Shown: piece after piece, positions 54,346 to 63,338 of the stretch
How the letters are laid out: the number at the start of each line of letters is the position of its first letter
Numbering within the stretch: position 1 is the stretch's first letter
Virus record (IMG/VR): IMGVR_UViG_3300008453_000586
DNA from: a virus
Taxonomy: Duplodnaviria; Heunggongvirae; Uroviricota; Caudoviricetes
Length of the DNA: 64,000 bases
Strand: one strand, 5' to 3'
Notes under the pieces: generated by a model
Seen by the model: the letters and a program-made list of their open reading frames with translations, nothing else
Told to the model about the DNA's origin: nothing
The model's database searches: none
Program-made: the position numbers and the translations under genes

Positions 54346-54831
54346 ATGAAAAAATTAATTTATGTATTATTCGCGTTTATCGCGTTAACAGTTTCAGCAC
54401 AAGCTCAAGAAACTAAAAAAGAAAAACTAAACCAGTATGTGTCAGCTAGTTTATCGCTGGCTAATTCTAACGGACAAACGTTCAGCCAAAGCACTTATGC
54501 TAGTGTTGAGTATGGTATTGTTAGCAAGGGTATTGGTTATGGTTTAGCCGTGGGTCGTGGTCAATTAAACGGTGATGTTACAACAAACACCACAGCTCAA
54601 GATTTAAGAAACTATTTCTGGCAAGTTCGTGTACAACCTACATTTCCTTTGGGTTCAGTAACTGGTAGTGTAATTTTAGGTGCTGGTAGTTACTTTGCTA
54701 CATCTGACGCTGGTTTCATTGAATACGGTTTAGGTGTATCTAAGAGCTACGGTGATATTAGCTACGGTTTAACATACAGCAACTGGAATGGAGTTGACTA
54801 TGTAACTCCAAGTGTTAGTTACGCGTTTTAA
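54346..54831 (+). CDS. secreted beta-barrel-like outer-membrane protein
   Basis: Signal peptide MKKLIYVLFAFIALTVSAQAQ; Gly/Tyr/Ser-rich alternating pattern; terminal ...SVSYAF with C-terminal Phe. Confidence 0.45.
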   Translation: MKKLIYVLFAFIALTVSAQAQETKKEKLNQYVSASLSLANSNGQTFSQSTYASVEYGIVSKGIGYGLAVGRGQLNGDVTTNTTAQDLRNYFWQVRVQPTFPLGSVTGSVILGAGSYFATSDAGFIEYGLGVSKSYGDISYGLTYSNWNGVDYVTPSVSYAF

Positions 54832-54857
54832 ACGAATAAACCATTTTATAAAAAATA

Positions 54858-54889
54858 AAAATGGGTGTCTAATAGCACCCATTTTTTTC
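54858..54889 (+). terminator. rho-independent terminator
   Basis: Stem atgggtg/cacccat followed by a T-run. Confidence 0.6.
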
Positions 54890-54918
54890 TAGGTATTAAT
54901 TAAACAATAAATTACATC

Positions 54919-55971
54919 ATGAAAAAAATGATTAAATTTCCGTCTATCGAACAATTCAGAAGCGTAGTAGCTACTATCCTTAGACAATACAATTTCGTAG
55001 GTTTAGACGAGAATGGTGACGCTATTTATGACACCACTAAACCAAAACCAACACTTACATTCAAAGGTACTGTAAAACTTCATGGAACCAACGCTGGTGT
55101 TTCTTTCAAATACGGTTATGATAACACTAGCGAGTATTGGGTACAATCTCGTGAAAACATTATCACGCCAGAAAAAGACAATGCTGGTTTTGCTTTCTTT
55201 GTTGAATCACATAAAGAAGCTTTTAAAAAATTTGCTAGTCAAATTGATTCGTTAGGTATGTTCGATGTTCGTCACAATATCGTCACAATCTACGGTGAAT
55301 GGGCTGGTGGTAACATCCAAAAGGGTGTTGGTATTTCAAACCTACCAAAATCATTCTTTATCTTTGGTGTTAAAGTAACTCCGATTACACAAACCGAAGA
55401 AGAAGCTAGACAAAAACCAGCTTATTGGATTCCTTCACATTATTTAAAAAGCCCTGAGGATAACATTTACAATATTGAAGATTTCCAAACATGGACAATG
55501 GATATTGACTTTAACATGCCACAGTTGGTTCAAAACAAATTGTCTGAACTTACACTAGCTGTTGAAGAAGAATGTCCAGTTGCCAAAGCATTTGGGTTCT
55601 CTGGAATCGGTGAAGGTATCGTATGGTCAACTAACCTAAACGGTAACGTACACCGTTTCAAAGTGAAAGGTGAAAAACACTCTAGTTCAAAAGTAAAAAC
55701 ACTTGCAGCAGTTGACACTGAGAAATTAGAGTCAATCCAAAGCTTTGTTGAATATGCTGTAACTGAAAGTCGTTTCAACCAAGCGCTTGAAAACGTATTC
55801 CCTAACGAAGAACCAATCGAAAACAAAAAATTGGGTGATGTAATTCGTTGGGTAGTAAACGACGTAATAAAAGAGGAAATGGACACCATGACTGATAACA
55901 AAATCGAACCAAAAGATGTGAACAAATACATCTCTTCAAAAGTTAGAGATATGTTCTTTAAGTTGGTGTAA
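54919..55971 (+). CDS. Rnl2-like RNA ligase
   Basis: Motif I VKLHGTN (KxHGxN as in T4 Rnl2 KIHGTN), motif IV YGEWAGG, motif V RFKVKGEKH. Confidence 0.65.
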   Translation: MKKMIKFPSIEQFRSVVATILRQYNFVGLDENGDAIYDTTKPKPTLTFKGTVKLHGTNAGVSFKYGYDNTSEYWVQSRENIITPEKDNAGFAFFVESHKEAFKKFASQIDSLGMFDVRHNIVTIYGEWAGGNIQKGVGISNLPKSFFIFGVKVTPITQTEEEARQKPAYWIPSHYLKSPEDNIYNIEDFQTWTMDIDFNMPQLVQNKLSELTLAVEEECPVAKAFGFSGIGEGIVWSTNLNGNVHRFKVKGEKHSSSKVKTLAAVDTEKLESIQSFVEYAVTESRFNQALENVFPNEEPIENKKLGDVIRWVVNDVIKEEMDTMTDNKIEPKDVNKYISSKVRDMFFKLV

Positions 55972-56064
55972 ATCAAAGAGTTAGTAGCTGAAAAAAGTCA
56001 CATTTTTTTAGTGAAAACTCTTTATTTTTTTAGAAAATAACGTATATTAATAATAAAAAAACGA

Positions 56065-57402
56065 ATGAATTCAAAATTATTTATTGCAGAAAAAGTTAAG
56101 GTTGGTTTTAACCCAAGAACCGATACTTATAGTGGAAAATTGGGTTACGTCATAGGTCATGACGGTAAAAAATGGCGTAAAGAACCTTCTTGGGATGGGT
56201 GGAGATATCACCACATGGATGATGCTACATATCAACAAAAAAGACTTGAGCAGTACAATGACCGTGTAGCTAAATCTAAAAAAGACCACGCTTATTACGT
56301 TGAAGAATCTTCAAAAAATAAAAATAATTGGTATAAGCAATATGCTGATATGACTGAGGAAGAATATCTTGATAAGTTTGTTGGTTCTTATGATAAATTC
56401 ACACCTAGTCTTGGTAGGGTTTCTTCTGATGAAACACTTAAACCTATTGAATTTGACAACGTGCCAACTGAAGGTTTCGTATTGAACAAAAAAGTTGGTG
56501 GTTATTCAAACGGTTGGGACCATAGGTCAACTTATTGTCGTGTTTACGACCCAAGAGGTTTTGAGTTTGAAATCAGTGTACCTAACTTGTTGTTCATTCT
56601 TCAAGAATGTAACGCGATGAAAGGTAAAGGTTTAGAAGGGACTTTTGTGTATGCTTGGGATGGTAAGGATTTGGTTTTGTTACCAACAACAAGTGCTGAT
56701 TACCAAGAGTCGCAAAAATTCACTGAAATGCAATCACAAAAAATTGGTGTTAAAGACTTGGTAGAAGGTTGCACTTACAAAACAAAACAAATGGAAGATT
56801 ATATCTATTTGGGTAAATTCAATTGGTTTACTGACAATTATCAGTACAGCAACGATGCACACGCAACTACAAGTTGTAGTAAAACACATGTGTTTTATAA
56901 AGTTAAAAAAGAAACTTGGCAAGAAAGTTTTGAACCTTTTAACGGTTTAACCAAGTTCGCTTCTAAAGTTAGTGATACACCAGTATCAAACTATGCTGAG
57001 TTGTTAGATGAATTTAACGCTTCAAAATTCAGTGGTGTGATAAATTCACCAGAAGCTATTGGAGTTAGTGTTGCTAGAGTTTTAGACTACTATTCTAGAA
57101 AAAGAGATTCTTATTTAGGTGAAGTTGTTTTACCGATTGATGAAAACACTTATGAAGTTTACAATTTAGAAGCTGCTGAAACAGAATACAGTAACGGCAA
57201 CTATTACCACAACAGAAAAAACAACATCAAGAATTACAATTTGACTAGTAGAAAAGTTGTAACGATAAAAGATGGCGATTTTAAAGTTAAAACAACAAAA
57301 CCAAAAGTTATTGAAAAGATTTCTTACTATAAATTGGTAGAAATGGATTTGAAACTTTTAACAATCAAAAAAGATAACAAACAAAGAGTATTATATTTTT
57401 AA
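56065..57402 (+). CDS. hypothetical protein
   Basis: 445-aa ORF. Confidence 0.35.
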   Translation: MNSKLFIAEKVKVGFNPRTDTYSGKLGYVIGHDGKKWRKEPSWDGWRYHHMDDATYQQKRLEQYNDRVAKSKKDHAYYVEESSKNKNNWYKQYADMTEEEYLDKFVGSYDKFTPSLGRVSSDETLKPIEFDNVPTEGFVLNKKVGGYSNGWDHRSTYCRVYDPRGFEFEISVPNLLFILQECNAMKGKGLEGTFVYAWDGKDLVLLPTTSADYQESQKFTEMQSQKIGVKDLVEGCTYKTKQMEDYIYLGKFNWFTDNYQYSNDAHATTSCSKTHVFYKVKKETWQESFEPFNGLTKFASKVSDTPVSNYAELLDEFNASKFSGVINSPEAIGVSVARVLDYYSRKRDSYLGEVVLPIDENTYEVYNLEAAETEYSNGNYYHNRKNNIKNYNLTSRKVVTIKDGDFKVKTTKPKVIEKISYYKLVEMDLKLLTIKKDNKQRVLYF

Positions 57403-57404
57403 TT

Positions 57405-57845
57405 ATGGCAACAAACAACAATGACCAATTGGTACAAGAGTTAACAAAGATTGTTAACGCAAAAAAATTAGCTATCGCTAAAGCCGAAAGACCTAACTGG
57501 AAAACTAACTGTGCTTTCAGATACAGCAAAGATTCATCAGCAAGTACAAACCTACAAGTTTGTGCTGTTGTAGAGGACTTGGTTTATATGTTAGGTTTAT
57601 TGTGTGAGAAACGCAACGCGTTTAACGAAGCACAAAAAATCGTAGGAACAACTTTAGAGTTCAAATGGTTCGGTTTCACGTTCGATGATTGGGCTGAGGA
57701 TATCAAAACAAGAATCGACAAAATCGAGATTACTATGAAGAAAAAAGAGTTGGAACTTTTAGAGGACCGTCTTAATAAACTAATCAGTCCAGAGCTTAGA
57801 GCACAAATGGAACTTGAAGAAATTAAAAGAAGTCTTGGCGTCTAA
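57405..57845 (+). CDS. hypothetical protein
   Basis: 146-aa ORF. Confidence 0.35.
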   Translation: MATNNNDQLVQELTKIVNAKKLAIAKAERPNWKTNCAFRYSKDSSASTNLQVCAVVEDLVYMLGLLCEKRNAFNEAQKIVGTTLEFKWFGFTFDDWAEDIKTRIDKIEITMKKKELELLEDRLNKLISPELRAQMELEEIKRSLGV

Positions 57846-58051
57846 TGATACAGAATAAAGTCTACAGACTTAAAGAAGCAGTTGAAGTGGCAAAAAATAT
57901 GCCACTTCCAGCTGGCCAAGAAGTCGAAATAGTAATGGATGTTGTTTATGTAAACGGATATCCAGTTCCACCAGCAATGCAAAAATTGTTTTTGGACTAT
58001 GTAACAAATAATGAGTCAAAATTTGACGATGTAACAAAAAAATGGAAGTAA
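57845..58051 (+). CDS. hypothetical protein
   Basis: 68-aa ORF. Confidence 0.3.
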   Translation: MIQNKVYRLKEAVEVAKNMPLPAGQEVEIVMDVVYVNGYPVPPAMQKLFLDYVTNNESKFDDVTKKWK

Positions 58052-58317
58052 CTATGGGAAGTATTATTATAATTTTATTATTAACGTATTTTTTAATTGG
58101 GGGAATCATGTTTGGGTTGCAAATAACAAAAATAGTTGATGATGACCCAGAATTTTTTGATAATTTAGAAGATTTGTTTTTACTGGAATTAGCCGCTGAG
58201 TGTGTTTTTTTATGGCCTATGCACTTGTGGCGATATTATTCTAGAAAAATAATATTTAGCGAATGGTGGAGAAACAACATTTGCGAAAGACTTCCAGATG
58301 ATTTCAAAGGTTTTTAA
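58042..58317 (+). CDS. small membrane protein
   Basis: 91 aa with N-terminal TM. Confidence 0.3.
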   Translation: MEVTMGSIIIILLLTYFLIGGIMFGLQITKIVDDDPEFFDNLEDLFLLELAAECVFLWPMHLWRYYSRKIIFSEWWRNNICERLPDDFKGF

Positions 58318-58352
58318 AAAAAAAAATATTTGGTGATTTAAAATTATAATTG

Positions 58353-58360
58353 TATATTTG
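58353..58360 (+). promoter_or_regulatory. -7 box TATATTTG
   Basis: attgtatatttgtcaaaaattatttaaaATG. Confidence 0.45.
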
Positions 58361-58376
58361 TCAAAAATTATTTAAA

Positions 58377-59666
58377 ATGATTACAAAAGAAAACGGATTA
58401 AGATACGCTAAACTGATTCACGTGTCGGTAGACAACGGTAAAACAGACAATAGCAACAAAGTCTACATTATGGAAGAACTTTCAGATGGTAGAATCAAAT
58501 GTGAGTATGGTAGAGTGGGCAAAAACATGGCTACCGTGTTTAAGAGTAAAAACGAGTGGGATAAAATATTACGAGAGAAAACTTCATCAACAAAAGGTTA
58601 CACTGATGTAACTGAGTTGTTGGCTGAGCCAGTAGTGGATGATTCTAACGCTGCATCAAAAAATAACACCGTTGAAGCAATCAAAGACGCGATGGTTAAG
58701 AAATTGGTTCAAGACCTTATGGCATACGCGAATAAGTCTATCCAGAAAAACTATAAAGTAACGCAAGATGCGGTTTCTGAACAACAAGTGGAATCAGCTC
58801 AAGAAGTTCTATCTAGAGTAACTGCGATGTTGAAAGTTGGTGGTGACCTTAAAGACGTTAACAACGAGTTGTTGAAGCTTTACACAATCATACCAAGAAA
58901 GATGGACAACGTTAAAAACCACTTGGTTCAAGGGTTGGGTGATGATGTTGAATTAGAGAAAGCTCAAAGGTTGTTAGGTGAGGAACAAAGCGCGTTAGAC
59001 ACAATGGCTGGTCAGGTTAAACTTATCAAACAACAAAAACAAACTGTTGAAACCACTGGTAAAGAAATGTCAGACATCGACATTCTTACTCAAATGGGTC
59101 TTAAAGTTGAAGTTGAGAAAGATACTGAAACACTTAATCTTATCACAAAATTATTGGGTGATAACGCCAATAAAGCTAAAAAGATTTTCAAAGTGGTTAA
59201 CTTGGCTACACAAGCTAAGTTTGATGCTCACTTTAAAACTGCCAAAGTTAAAAAGAAAAGACTTTACTGGCATGGTTCACGTAACGAGAACTGGTTTAAC
59301 ATTATTCAGACTGGTCTTATGATTAGACCTTCTGGCGCGGTGTATACTGGTTCAATGTTCGGTGACGGTGTATATTTTGCAAACAAGAGTCAAAAATCGT
59401 TAGGGTATAGTTCTCTGTCAGGTTCTCATTGGACTAGAGGGAACTCTCAAGTAGGTTTCTTGGCTTTGTTCGATGTACATTTAGGAAACGAGAAACACAT
59501 TCACAAACATGATTCATCGTGTTATAGTTTGAGTTACTCTAACATCCAAAAGGATGGTTTTGATAGCGTATACGCTCACGGTGGTGCTGACTTGAGAAAT
59601 GATGAGTTTATCATTTACAATCCAGTACAATGTACAATTTCTCACTTAATACAAATGGAACACTAA
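58377..59666 (+). CDS. PARP-like ADP-ribosyltransferase with N-terminal WGR-like domain
   Basis: WGR-like KVYIMEELSDGRIKCEYGRVG; catalytic H-Y-E-type core YWHGSRNENWFNIIQTGLMIRPSGAVYTGSMFGDGVYFANKSQKSLGYS (HGS, GxGxYFA, SxxY). Start set at ATG 58377. Confidence 0.55.
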   Translation: MITKENGLRYAKLIHVSVDNGKTDNSNKVYIMEELSDGRIKCEYGRVGKNMATVFKSKNEWDKILREKTSSTKGYTDVTELLAEPVVDDSNAASKNNTVEAIKDAMVKKLVQDLMAYANKSIQKNYKVTQDAVSEQQVESAQEVLSRVTAMLKVGGDLKDVNNELLKLYTIIPRKMDNVKNHLVQGLGDDVELEKAQRLLGEEQSALDTMAGQVKLIKQQKQTVETTGKEMSDIDILTQMGLKVEVEKDTETLNLITKLLGDNANKAKKIFKVVNLATQAKFDAHFKTAKVKKKRLYWHGSRNENWFNIIQTGLMIRPSGAVYTGSMFGDGVYFANKSQKSLGYSSLSGSHWTRGNSQVGFLALFDVHLGNEKHIHKHDSSCYSLSYSNIQKDGFDSVYAHGGADLRNDEFIIYNPVQCTISHLIQMEH

Positions 59667-59875
59667 TGGATTTTAGTTTAAACGAAAAAGAAAAACAAAA
59701 CTTAAAAGAAGTTGAAGACGCTGTTAAAACATTATACGGTCATGAGACTCACTACACAAGAACGTTTTGCTTTACACCAACTGGTATTGGTGATAACATT
59801 GAAGTTATTATAAAAAGCAAAGAAAAAGGATTGTTTGAAGTTAAAAAAGATATAACCGACTACGATAGTTGGTAA
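59666..59875 (+). CDS. hypothetical protein
   Basis: ATG 59666 in frame with track ORF 59630; overlaps the PARP-like stop. Confidence 0.3.
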   Translation: MDFSLNEKEKQNLKEVEDAVKTLYGHETHYTRTFCFTPTGIGDNIEVIIKSKEKGLFEVKKDITDYDSW

Positions 59876-59886
59876 AATAAAAGAAA

Positions 59887-60609
59887 ATGGAACAAATGGA
59901 ATTAAAAACACCTTATCAATGGTGTTTAGAACTTAACATTAGGGTCTTGAACCTTAATGAATGGCCACTAGAGTGGTATGGGTCGAAAGAAAAACATTAT
60001 TTTACATTTCCAACAATGCCGAAGGATGAATTTCTTGAAGCATTGTCACAATGTAAAGTAAAAGCCAACTCGATGCCAAGAAAAACTGAAATGTATTTGG
60101 AATACAGAATGTATGGACTTGTACCTTACAACTTAAGTCCAATTCAACAAGGAATACAATTTGGACACGCTGTGGTAGAGTATCAACAAAACGTTAGAAA
60201 CTTACCACCACATGAAGCTATTTACAACAAATGGGCTCAAAAAGATAAAACATTTATCATTCTTAATGGTGGTACGACAAACAACACCCCAGATAAATTA
60301 GGAAGTCTTAATCAACATTTAGCAACCCTTAATAACCTAGGTTTGTTGACATCTGAGTTCTACGAACCAGACTTAGGTGACCAATTAACAGCTGTAGTGT
60401 TCTTGGTAGATGAAAGAGTATTTAACAGAGAAATGTATCCAGATTTCCAAGAAGAAAAGCTACCATATGGTGTTCGCAAACCATCCAAAAAAGCAATTAT
60501 TGAATTAGAAGAACGTAACGTGAATAATTACCATAAATGGGTTGAAAAGATTGGTGGAGCAGAAAATGCTTTTCTTAGAGAGTTTTTGAAACCACTTAGG
60601 TTAGCGTAA
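59887..60609 (+). CDS. hypothetical protein
   Basis: 240-aa ORF directly downstream of the PARP-like gene. Confidence 0.35.
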   Translation: MEQMELKTPYQWCLELNIRVLNLNEWPLEWYGSKEKHYFTFPTMPKDEFLEALSQCKVKANSMPRKTEMYLEYRMYGLVPYNLSPIQQGIQFGHAVVEYQQNVRNLPPHEAIYNKWAQKDKTFIILNGGTTNNTPDKLGSLNQHLATLNNLGLLTSEFYEPDLGDQLTAVVFLVDERVFNREMYPDFQEEKLPYGVRKPSKKAIIELEERNVNNYHKWVEKIGGAENAFLREFLKPLRLA

Positions 60610-60639
60610 CGTTTACATATTACTCTGGTTTTCGTATAA

Positions 60640-61041
60640 TTGTATATGACAACCAGAGATAAATATGATTTAATAAACAAATACATTACCAAAAACTATA
60701 TCATACAAGATAATAGGTTTTGGGATAAACACGACCCACATGAGGTAAAAGGAAGTGACGTTACCTCATCATTAATCACAATATTCCAATATACCAAAGA
60801 ATATTGCGATTATTGTTTAAAGAGATGGGCACTTAACAACGGGTTACCTGAAAAAGAGTGGGGTGGAGCTTATTGGAGAGGATTAAGAGTCTCATGGACA
60901 CCAGAAATGGCTCAAGATTTACGAGCCTTCCATAACATAGATGCAGAAGCCGAATTAACAGCATTGTTGTCTCATGAAATCGCGCATGAGATAGATACAG
61001 AAATACTTAACAATTTATTTGGATTACGACGTGAAGAATAG
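60640..61041 (+). CDS. hypothetical protein with HExxH-like motif
   Basis: SHEIAHEID near the C-terminus. Confidence 0.3.
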   Translation: MYMTTRDKYDLINKYITKNYIIQDNRFWDKHDPHEVKGSDVTSSLITIFQYTKEYCDYCLKRWALNNGLPEKEWGGAYWRGLRVSWTPEMAQDLRAFHNIDAEAELTALLSHEIAHEIDTEILNNLFGLRREE

Positions 61042-61555
61042 AATAACACTTACTGGCAAGATTGAGTTTGAGCCAGAAGACAAGACAAAAAAACACATGA
61101 ATCAAGCCGCATGGAAAAAAATGGCTATGGTTCTTATAGATGGAGAGATTTGCGAATACTACGCATGGTTCATCAAAAAGAGATACAACTTGGTATTGAA
61201 TAAACCTCTTAGAGGGGCCCACATTTCGTTTATTAACGACAGCATGAAGGATTTGACTCAAAACGGGGAAAAGTCCGAGGAAGAAGCTCTAAATGCGTGG
61301 GAAGCTGCTAAGAAGAAATGGCACGGTAAGAAAATTGAAATAGTGTTGGATTTAAACCCAAGAAGTGACGGTAGAAGCTGGTGGTTGAATATCCCAAACG
61401 AAGAACGAGATGGGTTACAAGCCATCAGAAGTGAAATAGGTTTAGGTAGACCATTTTTTGGGATGCATATGAGCCTTGGGTACGCTAATGAAAAGAACAT
61501 AGAACACTCGGAATACCTACATAATATGATGATAAAAGGGTTTATTTTAACTTAA
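61019..61555 (+). CDS. 2H phosphoesterase superfamily protein (CPDase/LigT-like), putative
   Basis: Two H-x-S-x motifs (GAHISF and GMHMSLGY) about 80 aa apart. Confidence 0.4.
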   Translation: MDYDVKNRITLTGKIEFEPEDKTKKHMNQAAWKKMAMVLIDGEICEYYAWFIKKRYNLVLNKPLRGAHISFINDSMKDLTQNGEKSEEEALNAWEAAKKKWHGKKIEIVLDLNPRSDGRSWWLNIPNEERDGLQAIRSEIGLGRPFFGMHMSLGYANEKNIEHSEYLHNMMIKGFILT

Positions 61556-61587
61556 AATTTTTACCAAAAAACACTAAGTTTTTAAAA

Positions 61588-62874
61588 ATGTGGACTATTT
61601 ATATTTTAGAATGTAATAGCCCACATTTGTTTTTAAATATGATATCAAAATATAAAGTTTCGCTAATAATTTCTATATTAATTTTTTTAGCATCTTTTAC
61701 CGTACAGTCTTTATTACTTTTAAATGTAATTCAATATTCAAAATTTTTAGGTTATTTTGAATTAATATGTTTTATAACTTTTTTCATACCTTTTTATTTT
61801 TTCATAAAAGGTTTTAACAATAAAATAAGACGCAAAGAAAATGAATTTTCCAATAGAATGGACGCGATTAATAAATCGAATGCGGTTATTGAGTTTAATT
61901 TAGATGGTACGATAATTTTTGCAAATGAATTATTTTTAAATACATTAGGGTACGAAAATCAAGATGAAATTGTAGGGAAGCATCACAGTTTATTTGTTCA
62001 AGATGGTGTAAAAGACACTAAAGAATATGAACACTTTTGGGAAACACTTAAAAAAGGTGAATTTTTTACTGGTGAAATTATCAGAAAGAAAAAAAATGGT
62101 GATTTAATTTATCTTCAAGCGACATACAACCCTATCTTTGGGAATAACGGTAAATCTTACAGAGTAATGAAAATAGCTACTGATATTACCGAAAAAATTA
62201 ACCAACAATTGGAGATTGACAAGAAAAACACATACCTAGAACATGCTGCCAAGATATTAAGACATGATATGCATTCTGGTATTAATACATACATACCTAG
62301 AGGTGTATCATCTTTAGAAAGAAGATTAACCCCAGAAATCATAGAATCGGCAAAATTAGAAGCACCTTTAAAAATGATAAAAGAAGGTTTGAAACACACC
62401 CAAAAAGTTTATAAAGGTGTGTATGAATTTACCAACTTGGTAAAAACTGATGTGGTTTTAAGTAAAACTGAATGTAGTATCCAAAAAATAATGGATGATT
62501 ATTTAACTTCCACCGCTTACAAATCACAAGTATATTTAGATGATAATTTACCTACAATCGAAGTCAATGAATCTTTGATGTGTACATCTATTGATAATTT
62601 AATTAGAAATGGTTTAAAATACAACGATAGTAAAAGCAAACTTGTTAAAATTTACAGTGAAGATGGTTATATTTGTATTGAAGATAATGGTAGGGGTATT
62701 GACCAGAAAGATTTTGATGAACTTTCAAAACCTTACGTTAGAAAAGAAGGTCAAAAAGAAACAGGTACTGGGTTAGGACTTAATATATGTAAAGCGATTT
62801 TAAAAGAACATGGTTTTGATATCACAGCTGAAAAGTTAGAACAAGGTACAAAATTAAGAATAAAAATAAAATAA
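61588..62874 (+). CDS. sensor histidine kinase (TM, PAS, HisKA, HATPase_c)
   Basis: N-terminal TM segments; PAS (IEFNLDGTIIFANELFLNTLGY); H-box LEHAAKILRHDMHSGI; N/G1/G2 boxes NLIRNGLKYN, EDNGRGID, GTGLGLNICKAIL. Confidence 0.75.
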   Translation: MWTIYILECNSPHLFLNMISKYKVSLIISILIFLASFTVQSLLLLNVIQYSKFLGYFELICFITFFIPFYFFIKGFNNKIRRKENEFSNRMDAINKSNAVIEFNLDGTIIFANELFLNTLGYENQDEIVGKHHSLFVQDGVKDTKEYEHFWETLKKGEFFTGEIIRKKKNGDLIYLQATYNPIFGNNGKSYRVMKIATDITEKINQQLEIDKKNTYLEHAAKILRHDMHSGINTYIPRGVSSLERRLTPEIIESAKLEAPLKMIKEGLKHTQKVYKGVYEFTNLVKTDVVLSKTECSIQKIMDDYLTSTAYKSQVYLDDNLPTIEVNESLMCTSIDNLIRNGLKYNDSKSKLVKIYSEDGYICIEDNGRGIDQKDFDELSKPYVRKEGQKETGTGLGLNICKAILKEHGFDITAEKLEQGTKLRIKIK

Positions 62875-62900
62875 ACAAAAAAACAAAAACAAAAACAAAA

Positions 62901-63338
62901 ATGATTAACTCTATTTTATTAGTGGATGATGAAGATTTATTCCACTTAGTATTTGAAGACGCATGTAGTCTTTTAGACATAACGCTTTCCTTAGAAAGTT
63001 TAGATAGTGCTGACACAGCTGAAACCATGTTCAAAGATTGGAACGAAAACGCTGATACTTCAAACAAACCAGAATGTGTGTTTGTTGACTTAAATATAAT
63101 TGGTTCATCTTATGATGGTATTGAATTGATTAGAAAAATAAATTTTGATTACGGTAACAATGTTGTTATCGGTATTATTTCATCTAGTGATGAAGCCAAC
63201 GAGCAAGCAAAAGCAATTCAAGCTGGTGCACAATTTTGGATTATCAAATCAGATGAAATTGAACCTAGACTTGAAGAGTTTAGAAAAGATTACGAAGGTT
63301 ACAAAAACAAAACCAACCCATTTAAAATCTATAGATAA
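62901..63338 (+). CDS. stand-alone response-regulator receiver domain protein
   Basis: ILLVDDEDL (acidic pocket), VFVDLNI (phospho-acceptor Asp), conserved Ser/Lys positions; no output domain. Confidence 0.6.
   Translation: MINSILLVDDEDLFHLVFEDACSLLDITLSLESLDSADTAETMFKDWNENADTSNKPECVFVDLNIIGSSYDGIELIRKINFDYGNNVVIGIISSSDEANEQAKAIQAGAQFWIIKSDEIEPRLEEFRKDYEGYKNKTNPFKIYR

Noticed and set aside
59887-60609. Second PTH2-like or macro/PARG-like domain in ORF 59887 (GIQFGHAVVEY resembling the PTH2 aAQcsHAa motif)
   Set aside because: Only one short motif matches. The downstream PTH2 motifs and the PARG GGG-X-QEE signature are absent, so it is left as hypothetical.
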